From positions 1 through 30,122 of the IMG/VR virus record IMGVR_UViG_3300031519_000145: 30,122 bases of DNA. One strand, given 5' to 3'. Positions within the stretch are counted from its first letter, which is position 1. Each line of letters opens with the position of its first letter. Under the pieces are notes generated by a model. It had not been told where the DNA came from and searched no databases. It worked only from the letters and a program-made list of their open reading frames with translations. Made by a program: the position numbers and the translations under genes. The DNA comes from a virus (taxonomy: Duplodnaviria; Caudoviricetes). Below are positions 17,465 to 26,846 of this stretch, in pieces.

Positions 17465-20191
17465 ATGACAAATAGATATCCATTAATAGTAGATACTTCA
17501 GATAGTAATAAAATTAAAGAGTTACCAGATGGAGATAATTTACAGCTATCTGGAAATAGTATAGTAGGTGCTGTTAACATCACTGCTAGTGGAGCATTGA
17601 CTATCGGAAGTGTTGTTGCTGCTACAAGTATAACAATAGGCGGCACTGCAATATCTAGTGTTGCAACTAGCGGAAGCTATACAGATCTTACAAACACACC
17701 TACAGCAGTAAGTACATTTACTAATGATAGCAACTATGTTACAACTGGAAGTAATGTTAGTGTGTTTGCTAACAACGCAGGGTATCTAACTACTGTTGCG
17801 TATGCAGATTTAACAAGCACACCTACAACACTTGCAGGTTACGGTATTACTGTAGCAACAGACAGTATTATTGCTGCGGCAAATAGTGCAATACAGCCTG
17901 CTGACAACGTAAGTACTCTTACAAATGATTCCGGATACATAACACTTACACAAGTACAAAGTGGCGACATATCAATTGACGTTACTAACTCTGGTGATTT
18001 AATTGGTAGTGTGTTTAGTCAAGATTCAACACTTATGGTAGATGCTATACTGTCGTCATTTAACTTAGATGGCACTATCCGAGGACACGTGACGCCAGCA
18101 CAAAGCGAGTTTTGGGATTTAGGAACGACAGACAATTTATTTAGACATGCTTATCTAAGCGGAACTGTAAATGCAAACACGGCGGGTGTTCACACAGGTG
18201 ACACAATTGGCAGTGTGTTTGGCGATGATAGTACATTACTAGTTGATGGCAACAACAACAAGATTGTTGGCCCAGTAGATACAGCAAGTTTAACAGTAAG
18301 TTCAACTAACGTTGCAATTGGTAATAGTGCAGGTCTAACTACTCAAGGCGCTAACGCAGTAGCAGTTGGTAATAATGCAGGGTCAGCAACACAAGGTAGT
18401 GAGTCAGTAGCAATTGGTGTATATGCAGGTCGAACTACACAAGGCGCAGGTGCAACAGCACTTGGTTCTTTCGCAGGTGCAAACAGCCAAGGCACAGGTG
18501 CAGTTGGAATTGGATATAATGCTGGATACACTGGTCAAGGTATTTATGCAACATCAATTGGACCGTTTGCTGGACGTAGCGGGCAAGCGGCAAGAGCAGT
18601 ATCAATTGGGATTAGTGCTGGATATTATGACCAGGCCACTTATGCAGTAGCAATTGGCGGGTATTCAGGTTATAAAGGTCAAGGCTCACAAGCAACAGCA
18701 GTTGGCTATAACGCAGGCCATTATGGTCAAAGTCAAAATGCAGTAGCAATTGGCTACAAGGCTGGTGCAGGCATATCCATATTTAAAACTTATGTGTCTG
18801 GCGGAGTAGGCAGCACTACGTTAGTAGTAAATAACACATCAGATATAGTAGCCGGGATGGCATTAATCAATTCTACTGCATACACAAGTGGTCAAACTGT
18901 TGTAAGTGTAGACAGTGGTACTTCACTTACAATCAGTGCAGTAGCAGATGGTACTCCAAGTTTTAGTGGTATACAATTTTCAAGCGGTGGCCAGGGGTTA
19001 AGTTCAGTAGCAATTGGCAGTCAATCAGGCGAACGAAATCAAGGCGCACATGCAATAGCAATTGGTATGGGTGCTGGTAACCTAAACCAAGCCGCAAACT
19101 CAATTGTAATCAACGCAACTGGCGCGGCTCTAAACAACATTGCAGAAGATGTGTTTATAGTTAAACCAGTTAGAGGTGCTGTTGGTACAACAATGCTAAT
19201 GTACGATGTTACTTCAGGAGAAGTTACACATACAGCAAGTCCTGTAATTACAGGCGACATTACAGGTAGTGTATTTGGTGATGATTCAACTGTACTTGTA
19301 GATGGTGTTAATAATAAAATTGTTGGCGATATTGAAACAGCAAGTTTAAGAACAAGTGAAACAACTATTGCACTTGGTGGAAACGCAGGTGCAACAAATC
19401 AAGGTGTAGGTGCAACAGCAGTCGGTGACAGGGCAGGTTCAACAAGTCAAGGCGCACAAGCAGTAGCAATTGGCGAGAATGCAGGTTATAACAACCAAAG
19501 CGGAAGCGCAGTGGCAGTTGGAAATTACGCAGGTAACATAAGTCAAGGCGATTCAGCAACAGCACTTGGTAAAACAGCAGGTTACGACACTCAAGGTGAC
19601 AACGCAGTGGCAGTTGGGTACGGCGCAGGCAGTTTTGATCAAGGCGACAACGCAACAGCACTTGGAAACAGCTCCGGTTATACAGGTCAAGGTGCCGATG
19701 CAATAGCAATTGGTGATCAAGCAGGCTATACAAACCAAGCAGCAAACTCAATTGTAATTAACGCAACTGGCAATATTCTAAACAACACTCAAGCAGATGC
19801 ATTTGTAGTTAAACCAATTAGGGGTGGTAGTGGTACAACTACGTTGATGTATGATGCTTCGTCAGGAGAAATTACACATACAGCAACACCAGCACAACAA
19901 ACTATGATAGGAAGTGTGCAACAAATTAGTGGCCCTGGAGCAATTGACGTAACATCATACATTACTGAAATTACAACAACTGGCGCAGATGACTACACAC
20001 TTGCAGATGGTGTAGCAGGACAAATAAAAATAATTAGTATGATAGTAGATGGCGGTGACGCAACAATTACTCCGACTACACTTGCTACTGGAACAACAAT
20101 TACAATGGCTGATGTAAACGATAATATAACATTACTATATGGCACAAATGGTTGGGTGAATACTGCAAACCAAGGCACAATTATAGCGTAA
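17465..20191 (+). CDS. tail fibre / adhesin with YadA-head-like repeats (908 aa)
   Basis: Tandem 16-aa repeats (AVAIGxxAGxxxQG), three GSVF(G/S)xDSTLxVD motifs, and YxDLTxTPT / STxTNDSGY fibre motifs. Confidence 0.8.
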   Translation: MTNRYPLIVDTSDSNKIKELPDGDNLQLSGNSIVGAVNITASGALTIGSVVAATSITIGGTAISSVATSGSYTDLTNTPTAVSTFTNDSNYVTTGSNVSVFANNAGYLTTVAYADLTSTPTTLAGYGITVATDSIIAAANSAIQPADNVSTLTNDSGYITLTQVQSGDISIDVTNSGDLIGSVFSQDSTLMVDAILSSFNLDGTIRGHVTPAQSEFWDLGTTDNLFRHAYLSGTVNANTAGVHTGDTIGSVFGDDSTLLVDGNNNKIVGPVDTASLTVSSTNVAIGNSAGLTTQGANAVAVGNNAGSATQGSESVAIGVYAGRTTQGAGATALGSFAGANSQGTGAVGIGYNAGYTGQGIYATSIGPFAGRSGQAARAVSIGISAGYYDQATYAVAIGGYSGYKGQGSQATAVGYNAGHYGQSQNAVAIGYKAGAGISIFKTYVSGGVGSTTLVVNNTSDIVAGMALINSTAYTSGQTVVSVDSGTSLTISAVADGTPSFSGIQFSSGGQGLSSVAIGSQSGERNQGAHAIAIGMGAGNLNQAANSIVINATGAALNNIAEDVFIVKPVRGAVGTTMLMYDVTSGEVTHTASPVITGDITGSVFGDDSTVLVDGVNNKIVGDIETASLRTSETTIALGGNAGATNQGVGATAVGDRAGSTSQGAQAVAIGENAGYNNQSGSAVAVGNYAGNISQGDSATALGKTAGYDTQGDNAVAVGYGAGSFDQGDNATALGNSSGYTGQGADAIAIGDQAGYTNQAANSIVINATGNILNNTQADAFVVKPIRGGSGTTTLMYDASSGEITHTATPAQQTMIGSVQQISGPGAIDVTSYITEITTTGADDYTLADGVAGQIKIISMIVDGGDATITPTTLATGTTITMADVNDNITLLYGTNGWVNTANQGTIIA
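18300..19760 (+). repeat. degenerate 48-bp coding tandem repeats in two main arrays
   Basis: Recurrent gcagtagcaattgg...gcagg...caagg units encoding 16-aa repeats at about 18300-18770 and 19365-19750, with a short block near 19000-19100. Confidence 0.8.
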
Positions 20192-20208
20192 TAACTTAGG
20201 AAAGAAAA

Positions 20209-20925
20209 ATGGCATTTCAAAACATAAACATAGGTAATATTGCAAATGACGGTACAGGTGATGATCTCCGAGAAGCTTTTGTAAAAGTAAATAACAACTT
20301 TGCTGATTTAGATCAACGAGTAGTTATACAGGCTGATGGTGAAAACTTAGGAACTGGCGAAGGTGTGTACTATGTCAAGACTGGCAATAACATGCAGTTT
20401 AAAAGTTTAATAGCAGGCGATAATGTTTCGTTTACTGCAACTGCAAATGATATAACCATTAACGCTCCTGACCCAATTAAATCAATACAGTTTAATGCTG
20501 ACACAGGTACATATAGTTTAGCTGCTACTGGTAGTATCGATCTATTAGGTGGACAAAACATCAACTCTACAATTACTGGTGCTACTGCTACATTTAATAT
20601 AGATCCTGTAAACTTAGTACAACAGGATACTTCACCTACACTAGGCGGAGCACTTGACGGTGCTACTAATAATATATCAAATGTAAACAGAGTTACTGCT
20701 ACAGAATTTTATGGTGACTTAACTGGTCACGTACATGGCCACGACATGCGGATTTATGTAAATGCCCTTGCTAAAACTATATTTGGAACTGATTACGGCC
20801 TAATTGTTATAAACACAACTAACGGATTTGATCTAATGTTCCAAGCAACGTCAATTGATTACGGCACTGTTGCTTCACCGGCGTCTCTTGTTTCTAATTA
20901 CGGAACTGTTGGAACACCGCTGTAA
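20209..20925 (+). CDS. baseplate wedge / short fibre-like virion protein
   Basis: N-terminal INIGNIANDGTGDDLREAFVKVNNNF, paralogous to the start of the 2890-aa protein; FKSLIAG and DTSPTLGGALD motifs. Confidence 0.75.
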   Translation: MAFQNINIGNIANDGTGDDLREAFVKVNNNFADLDQRVVIQADGENLGTGEGVYYVKTGNNMQFKSLIAGDNVSFTATANDITINAPDPIKSIQFNADTGTYSLAATGSIDLLGGQNINSTITGATATFNIDPVNLVQQDTSPTLGGALDGATNNISNVNRVTATEFYGDLTGHVHGHDMRIYVNALAKTIFGTDYGLIVINTTNGFDLMFQATSIDYGTVASPASLVSNYGTVGTPL

Positions 20926-20935
20926 ACTACAATAC

Positions 20936-20943
20936 GATAAATA
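20936..20943 (+). promoter_or_regulatory. late-type promoter motif GATAAATA
   Basis: Followed by SD AAGGA and ATG 20965. Confidence 0.6.
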
Positions 20944-20964
20944 TGTTATATAAGGAAAAAATGT

Positions 20965-23736
20965 ATGGCAAGTTTATGGACACAGTCTTCAGGTACGATA
21001 TTAGCAACACTACAAGAAAGACAAACTACTACAGTTAGTTTACCTTTAGAAAATCCTGTTGCTGCTACTGCGCTAATAAGTGGAGCGTTACCTAATGGCA
21101 TGAGACTAGAGTCAAACGCAATAGTAGGAACTCCGTTACAAGTTGCAAGAGAAACTACTTCTACATTTGTAATTAGAGCAACCTTAGATAGTGTAATCAA
21201 CGATAGAACTTTTAAGATTATTACACAAGGACAAGATGCTCCGACTTGGGTTACTAAAACAGATTTACTTCCTGTAGGTATAGACGGTCAGTACTTTATT
21301 CTAGACAGTGCTCCGGTTAATTTTCAACTAGTAGCAATTGACGCTGACACAAGTGCAGGTCAAACGTTAGAATACTTCATAGGAAATAAGGACGGAGAAC
21401 TACCCCCTGGCATATCATTAACGTCTACAGGTAAACTAGTAGGTGTTGTTGATCCTATACTTGCAATTGAGAAAGCTTCTGCTGCTGGTAATTATGACGA
21501 CAGCGGATATGATTTCCAAGGCATGTCTGGGTATGATTGGAGTGTGCGTTCTAACAACGGATATGACAGTTATTTTTATGATACTACAGTTTATGGACTA
21601 AGCTTACCAACTGCATCTCCTAAAAAATTAAATCGATATTACCAGTTTACTGTAAGTGTGAGTGACCGAGATACTATTGCTCGCAGAACATTTAGAATAT
21701 ATGTTGTCGGGGACGATTTCTTTAGATCCGACACAACACTTATGCAAATAGGTACAGGAACGTTCACTGCTGATATTTCTCATCTACGAACTCCTGTATG
21801 GATTACACCCAGAGACTTTGGTTATCGTAGAGCAAATAATTATGTAACATTAGTATTAGACATTATTGACCCTAATACACTTACCGGTGTAGTTACATAT
21901 AATCTTAAAAGTAAAAACGATGATACTACTGACAGTATATTGCCGCCAGGACTAAGCTTAGATGCCACCACTGGTGAAATAGCTGGTGTTACGCCTTATC
22001 AGCCTGCTATTACTACTGAGTATAAATTTACAATAAATGCACGTAGAATCGAAATTGACGAAGAGCGTATACAATTTTTACAGTATGCATACGAAATTAT
22101 TGCTCAAAATAGTTTGCAAGTTAAAGTTAATAAGTTGGGTGAATACGCAAGTCGGGCAGTTGGTTTAGAATTTAATATCGACGGGTATGCATACAAAGCA
22201 AATAGTATATTAACAGCAAATCCATTGTATGACGTTTTAAATATTGACAAGCCGCTACATAGGGCACTTACTAAAGGCACAACAATTGATCTCGGAACAA
22301 TAGGAGTTCTAGCACAAGAAACTGTAGAAAAAGCAAAAACTTTTACTATTAAATTATTAGGAGAAATTGATAGTACAATACAATGGTCAACTCCTGAAAA
22401 TCTAGGCAACATAAGTTCTAATTATGTTTCCACACTAAGTGTGATAGCTAAGACAACTGTGCCTAATGCAACTTTACTATATAGTTTAGAAAGTGGAACA
22501 TTGCCACCCGGACTAGCATTAAGTTATGATGGCGAAATTATTGGTAAGATTAATAGTTTTGGAACTTCTGTTGCGCCTGGCTTAACTGTGTTTGATAGTA
22601 ACCAGTTTTCCTTAGACGGCAATGATACTACAGTAGATAGAAAATATAAATTTACTGTTAAAGCACAAGACCAATTTGGATATAGTGCAATACAGCGACA
22701 GTTTACAATTACTGTTGCAGATCCTGGTGACAAGTTATATAGTAACTTACATGTACAGCCGTTTATGAAAGAAGCAAAACGTGCTACATTTATTAACTTA
22801 ATTAACGATGCTGAAATATTTTTACCTGAATATATTTATAGACCAAATGATCCAAATTTTGGACTACAACGAAAAATTAAAATGTTAGCATACGCAGGAA
22901 TTGAAACAAAAGCTGTTGATCAGTATGTTGCTGCAATGGCAAAAAATCATACTAGAAAGAGTTTAAAGTTTGGCGCTATAAAAACTGCGGTTGCAAAAAC
23001 TCCTGGCACAAATAATATTGTATACGAAGTTGTTTATGTAGAAATGATAGATCCATACGAATCTGTAAAAGGTAACGTTCGTAAAACAATTAAAATTAAG
23101 AATCCTCAGAAGCAACTAATAAACAGTATTAAGTATACTCCAAAGGACGATTTATACGACGGATTATCAAACGTAGTAAAAGTAACAACTAGGAACAGTG
23201 GAGTTGTAGACGTAGACTTTAATGCTGCACTTAAATTACATCTAAGAGACTATCTAGTTACATATCCTGTTTCAACAGATTTGCCTGTTGGACTACGAGA
23301 CGGTACTAACGTATCGGTGCAATTTGCACAAGGTACACCTGTTAGTAACAAATATAGACCAGATCCTGCTAATACTATTACTGTAGATAGTAATGCAATA
23401 TCAATAGACGGATCACAGGATCAAACTAGATATATTTCTAACATAAGTCATATGAGAGATGCCATTAGAGATATAGGCGTTACTGAAGGAAATTATTTAC
23501 CATTGTGGATGAGAACTGCTCAAACAGGAAGTGTAAATCAGTTAGGATTTGTGAATGCAGTACCGTTAGTATATTGCAAGCCAGGCACGTCGGCAATTAT
23601 AAAAAATACATTAGAATTTAATGAAATAGATTTCACACAGTATAACTTTGATATTGATAGATATGTCATAGATAGTACAATTGGAAATTCAGACGAGCAA
23701 TATCTTTTGTTCGCAAATTACCAGCATAACATATAA
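20965..23736 (+). CDS. virion protein with putative Ig-like (He_PIG/cadherin-like) repeats
   Basis: Four GxLPxGxxL...GxxxG repeats (GALPNGMRL, GELPPGISL, ILPPGLSL, GTLPPGLAL), each followed by a YxFTV/I-type strand. Confidence 0.75.
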   Translation: MASLWTQSSGTILATLQERQTTTVSLPLENPVAATALISGALPNGMRLESNAIVGTPLQVARETTSTFVIRATLDSVINDRTFKIITQGQDAPTWVTKTDLLPVGIDGQYFILDSAPVNFQLVAIDADTSAGQTLEYFIGNKDGELPPGISLTSTGKLVGVVDPILAIEKASAAGNYDDSGYDFQGMSGYDWSVRSNNGYDSYFYDTTVYGLSLPTASPKKLNRYYQFTVSVSDRDTIARRTFRIYVVGDDFFRSDTTLMQIGTGTFTADISHLRTPVWITPRDFGYRRANNYVTLVLDIIDPNTLTGVVTYNLKSKNDDTTDSILPPGLSLDATTGEIAGVTPYQPAITTEYKFTINARRIEIDEERIQFLQYAYEIIAQNSLQVKVNKLGEYASRAVGLEFNIDGYAYKANSILTANPLYDVLNIDKPLHRALTKGTTIDLGTIGVLAQETVEKAKTFTIKLLGEIDSTIQWSTPENLGNISSNYVSTLSVIAKTTVPNATLLYSLESGTLPPGLALSYDGEIIGKINSFGTSVAPGLTVFDSNQFSLDGNDTTVDRKYKFTVKAQDQFGYSAIQRQFTITVADPGDKLYSNLHVQPFMKEAKRATFINLINDAEIFLPEYIYRPNDPNFGLQRKIKMLAYAGIETKAVDQYVAAMAKNHTRKSLKFGAIKTAVAKTPGTNNIVYEVVYVEMIDPYESVKGNVRKTIKIKNPQKQLINSIKYTPKDDLYDGLSNVVKVTTRNSGVVDVDFNAALKLHLRDYLVTYPVSTDLPVGLRDGTNVSVQFAQGTPVSNKYRPDPANTITVDSNAISIDGSQDQTRYISNISHMRDAIRDIGVTEGNYLPLWMRTAQTGSVNQLGFVNAVPLVYCKPGTSAIIKNTLEFNEIDFTQYNFDIDRYVIDSTIGNSDEQYLLFANYQHNI

Positions 23737-23740
23737 ACAC

Positions 23741-23748
23741 GATAAATA
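23741..23748 (+). promoter_or_regulatory. late-type promoter motif GATAAATA
   Basis: Followed by SD AGGAGA and ATG 23769. Confidence 0.6.
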
Positions 23749-23768
23749 CATCGTAGGAGAAACTAAAA

Positions 23769-24323
23769 ATGAGCAGTATTAATTCAACAGATATAGACGC
23801 AGAATATCCAGTAGCTGGACAAGACAACGATAGTCAAGGCTTTCGTGATAATTTTACCACAATTAAAAATAGTTTAGCAACAGCAAAGTCTGAAATTACA
23901 ACATTAGAGTCGACTACTGCTAAGTTAAATGCAACAAATGATTTTAACGGAAACTTACTTCAAGAAGCTGATTTTAAAGCTACAACAGAATTTGTTAATC
24001 CTAGTTCAAATGTCGAAGCAAGCCAAAATATTAGTTTTTTAAATGGACATTACCAAATCATTCAAGCTGGTGCAGATATTACACTTACGCTTGCAGACTG
24101 GCCAGCTTCTGGAAAACTAGGAAGAATTCGTCTACAACTTGCTAGTGACGGAAGTCCTAGAACAATTACATGGGCAGCAGCAGCCGGTGGCGAATTTAAA
24201 GCGCCTGCAGGTGATGCCGGGACATTAACACTAACAAGTCAAACTAATCCAACTATAGTAGACTTTTGGACTATTAACGGCGGAACTACAGTGTTTAGAA
24301 AAACAGGCGACTTATACCAATAA
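23769..24323 (+). CDS. putative virion (tail/baseplate) protein
   Basis: YPVAGQDNDSQGFRDNF N-terminus, a short coiled coil, and a C-terminal beta domain (RTITW...IVDFWTINGG) typical of phage fibre ends. Confidence 0.65.
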   Translation: MSSINSTDIDAEYPVAGQDNDSQGFRDNFTTIKNSLATAKSEITTLESTTAKLNATNDFNGNLLQEADFKATTEFVNPSSNVEASQNISFLNGHYQIIQAGADITLTLADWPASGKLGRIRLQLASDGSPRTITWAAAAGGEFKAPAGDAGTLTLTSQTNPTIVDFWTINGGTTVFRKTGDLYQ

Positions 24324-24553
24324 TGTTTAACCCTTTAGTAGACAGTTTTGATAGTTTATCAGATTTAGAAATTGATAACAAGATTTCTGAGTTAACTAGA
24401 AAATATTTTATTAGCAACAACCCACAAGTGCAGTCGCAAATTGCTACTATTCTTGAAATGTTTAAACTCGAGATAGAAGCAAGAAGTGCTAGTCAAAGAT
24501 TAAAAGAACAAAATAACGAAAATGGACTTGACAATTTAATCAAAGTAAGTTAA
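24323..24553 (+). CDS. small helical hypothetical protein
   Basis: TAATG coupling to the upstream gene; amphipathic helices. Confidence 0.7.
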   Translation: MFNPLVDSFDSLSDLEIDNKISELTRKYFISNNPQVQSQIATILEMFKLEIEARSASQRLKEQNNENGLDNLIKVS

Positions 24554-24556
24554 AAT
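24528..24556 (+). promoter_or_regulatory. sigma70 promoter, predicted leaderless transcript of the dnaE fragment
   Basis: TTGACA (24528-24533), 17 nt, TAAAAT (24551-24556), ATG 6 nt later with no SD. Confidence 0.7.
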
Positions 24557-24562
24557 AAGTGT

Positions 24563-25084
24563 ATGCTTATGAAAACAGACGATCTCGGCAACCTGCGATT
24601 TACAAACAAAGACTTAGTTGATATGATCTATAGTGGTCATGTTGACAAGTGTCATGTTGTATTATGCGATCCTAGTGATGATATTGAAAAGTTTAACGCA
24701 GCAATGCGTGAACAATATCTACCTGAACTTACCAAATACATTCCACTAGACGTAGACCAAAAGACCTTTGACGGTGTGTTACAGTCAGAATGGTTTATGC
24801 CCGATGAATATAAAGAGCTCGATGTAGTACGTTTTTTAAACAATAGAGAACTTACTTACGAACAACGAGACCGTGTTCGAGAAGAACTACAAGCATTTAC
24901 TGAACGTGGTATGATACCACTGTTGCGTTATATGTGCTATCTTGTAGACTTTATGCGTGACAATAATATTGTTTGGGGTGTAGGTAGAGGTAGTAGTGTA
25001 GCAAGTTATGTGCTATACTTAATAGGCGTACACAGAATTGATTCAATCCAGTATGACCTGGACTGGACCGAGTTCTTGAGATAA
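24563..25084 (+). CDS. dnaE: DNA polymerase III alpha (family C) N-terminal palm fragment
   Basis: RVREEL...LVDFMRDNNIVWGVGRGSSVASYVLYLIGVHRIDSIQYDL matches the DnaE GxGRGS region. The ORF ends before PDIDxD. Confidence 0.8.
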   Translation: MLMKTDDLGNLRFTNKDLVDMIYSGHVDKCHVVLCDPSDDIEKFNAAMREQYLPELTKYIPLDVDQKTFDGVLQSEWFMPDEYKELDVVRFLNNRELTYEQRDRVREELQAFTERGMIPLLRYMCYLVDFMRDNNIVWGVGRGSSVASYVLYLIGVHRIDSIQYDLDWTEFLR

Positions 25085-25108
25085 GTACTAATATAATAAA
25101 GGAGATTA

Positions 25109-25426
25109 ATGATGGCTATGAAACAACCAGGACGTAAAGTCTATAAATCAATGCAAGGCAAACAAGTAGATATGGATCTATTACGTCAACGCAACGAACT
25201 AACTCCAGCAGTAGGCAATGCTCGTGTTAATGCACGAGGTGACGAACTAGGCGCTGGTGGTAAGATTGTTAGACCTAAAGAAGAAGTATTAAAGGATTAT
25301 TATAAATCTAGTACAGGTGTAGTAAGTGAAGCTGCAACTAAAAAAGGTGAACCAAATGCTCCGACTGCTGCTGAACTAGCAGAGTGGGAAGAAGACGATG
25401 ACGGAAACTTTGTGCAGAAACAATGA
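25109..25426 (+). CDS. conserved hypothetical phage protein
   Basis: Strong SD AAGGAGA and GATAAGTA late-like motif upstream; AVGNARVNARGDELG motif; acidic tail. Confidence 0.75.
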   Translation: MMAMKQPGRKVYKSMQGKQVDMDLLRQRNELTPAVGNARVNARGDELGAGGKIVRPKEEVLKDYYKSSTGVVSEAATKKGEPNAPTAAELAEWEEDDDGNFVQKQ

Positions 25427-25971
25427 TAGATTATAAAACTTGGGAATTAGAAACAGTTTCTAAGAATCAACAAATTTATGTAGATCAATGTAATAGGTTA
25501 CACAAATCATTGCTTGACCAAGGCATTACTGACACTACTTGGGAATATACAAAATATAATATTTTCTCGTTAGGATCATCAAGTGAGGCATTTTGGTTTT
25601 TATGGAAAAACGTACAAGCATGTGTTAGAGAATACTTAGGAACGGATCAACCAGCTTGGATGACAGGTTGGCTAAACTATCATGACAACGATAATTTACT
25701 AGACTGGCACAATCACTTAGGAAGCGATCATCATGGATACATAAGTATCGATCCTAAAGAAACTAAAACATTATTCAAAAAGCCTTTTGAAGACTACGAA
25801 ATCGAAAACAAAACTGGATTAATGTACTTAGGTCCTAGTGCAAGACTACATAAAGTAGAATCATTGTCAAAATTTACCGGAACACGAATTACAATAGCAT
25901 TTGATGTTTCGATACAGAAAGATGTGTTTAATGCAGGAACACAACAATACAATTGGATACCAGTTTACTAA
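25423..25971 (+). CDS. putative 2OG-Fe(II) oxygenase / cupin-fold protein
   Basis: WLNYH...WHNH...GYISI...LHKV...RITIAFD: HxH, distal His and Arg pattern of phage 2OG-Fe(II) oxygenase-like proteins. Confidence 0.65.
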   Translation: MIDYKTWELETVSKNQQIYVDQCNRLHKSLLDQGITDTTWEYTKYNIFSLGSSSEAFWFLWKNVQACVREYLGTDQPAWMTGWLNYHDNDNLLDWHNHLGSDHHGYISIDPKETKTLFKKPFEDYEIENKTGLMYLGPSARLHKVESLSKFTGTRITIAFDVSIQKDVFNAGTQQYNWIPVY

Positions 25972-25986
25972 AGTAAAGGAAAAAAT

Positions 25987-26415
25987 ATGGCAGCTCAAAA
26001 TATAAATGCAATTAAAGGCACTCCTCGTGCTATCGGTGATCGTGTACTAGTTACAGATATGGACTTTGGAGAACAAACTACAGCAAGTGGTTTAATTATC
26101 AAAGCTGATGACGGCACTACACGTGGAATTTATCCACGGTGGGCTAAAGTATATTCTAAAGGCCCTACTAATGTAGATGACTACGAAGTCGGGCATTGGA
26201 TTTTAATTGAGCACGGTCGCTGGACACGGGGTCTTGATTTAGAAACGAACGAAGGCAATGCTATAACAATTCGAATGGTAGAGAACAAAAGTGTCTTAGC
26301 ATACAATGAAGAAAAACCTACAGACGTTAACATTGGTCAAGAATTTGCAGATGGCGAACATGCTACTATCGATCCAAGTCAGTTTATTAATTCATCTGGA
26401 GCATTAGCACAGTGA
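25987..26415 (+). CDS. groES: co-chaperonin GroES-like protein
   Basis: PRAIGDRVLV, EQTTASGLII mobile loop, VYSKGP, VGHWIL and VLA motifs; acidic C-terminal extension. Confidence 0.75.
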   Translation: MAAQNINAIKGTPRAIGDRVLVTDMDFGEQTTASGLIIKADDGTTRGIYPRWAKVYSKGPTNVDDYEVGHWILIEHGRWTRGLDLETNEGNAITIRMVENKSVLAYNEEKPTDVNIGQEFADGEHATIDPSQFINSSGALAQ

Positions 26416-26771
26416 CAAACGTATTTAAAGATGTAAACAAATTTGGCTCAGCATGTGACCAACCAGCAAATGAAGCAAACTACGAGATGTATCTTGATCT
26501 AATAGATGAGGAGTATATTGAACTTCAAAAAGCACTTAGAACACATGACAAAGTAGAACAACTAGACGCACTAGTTGATATTTTAGTTGTTACTATTGGT
26601 GCTATTCGAGCAGCAGGCTGGGACGGAGAAGCGGCCTGGAAAGAAGTGATGAACACTAACTTTGCAAAGATCAATCCAGACACAGGCAAAGTAATTAAGC
26701 GTGAAGACGGCAAAGTACTAAAGCCGCAAGGTTGGCAGGCACCGCAACTATCACAGTTTATTGACAAGTAA
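26412..26771 (+). CDS. MazG-like / PRA-PH nucleotide pyrophosphohydrolase
   Basis: LIDEEYIEL, EQLDALVDILVV, EVMNTNFAK and REDGKVLKP motifs; GTG start overlapping the groES stop. Confidence 0.85.
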   Translation: MTNVFKDVNKFGSACDQPANEANYEMYLDLIDEEYIELQKALRTHDKVEQLDALVDILVVTIGAIRAAGWDGEAAWKEVMNTNFAKINPDTGKVIKREDGKVLKPQGWQAPQLSQFIDK

Positions 26772-26788
26772 AATAATTTAAAAATCAC

Positions 26789-26817
26789 TTGACTCCTTAG
26801 TTACTGTATGCTATAAT
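26789..26817 (+). promoter_or_regulatory. sigma70 promoter with extended -10
   Basis: TTGACT (26789-26794), 17 nt, TG at 26809-26810, TATAAT (26812-26817). Confidence 0.8.
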
Positions 26818-26846
26818 AGTGTATAATGTAATTAAGGAGTTTTCTT

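Noticed and set aside
18300-19760. CRISPR array or DGR template in the periodic repeats
   Set aside because: The repeats are degenerate at synonymous positions, in frame and lack unique spacers. There are no cas or reverse transcriptase genes and no adenine-specific variation.
24563-25426. Split intein or frameshift joining the dnaE fragment to the next ORF
   Set aside because: No intein N-terminal block, and the downstream ORF lacks PDIDxD and has its own strong SD.
26761-26766. TTGACA at the end of the MazG-like gene
   Set aside because: No -10 hexamer at 16-18 nt; the adjacent TTGACT/TATAAT pair explains the promoter.
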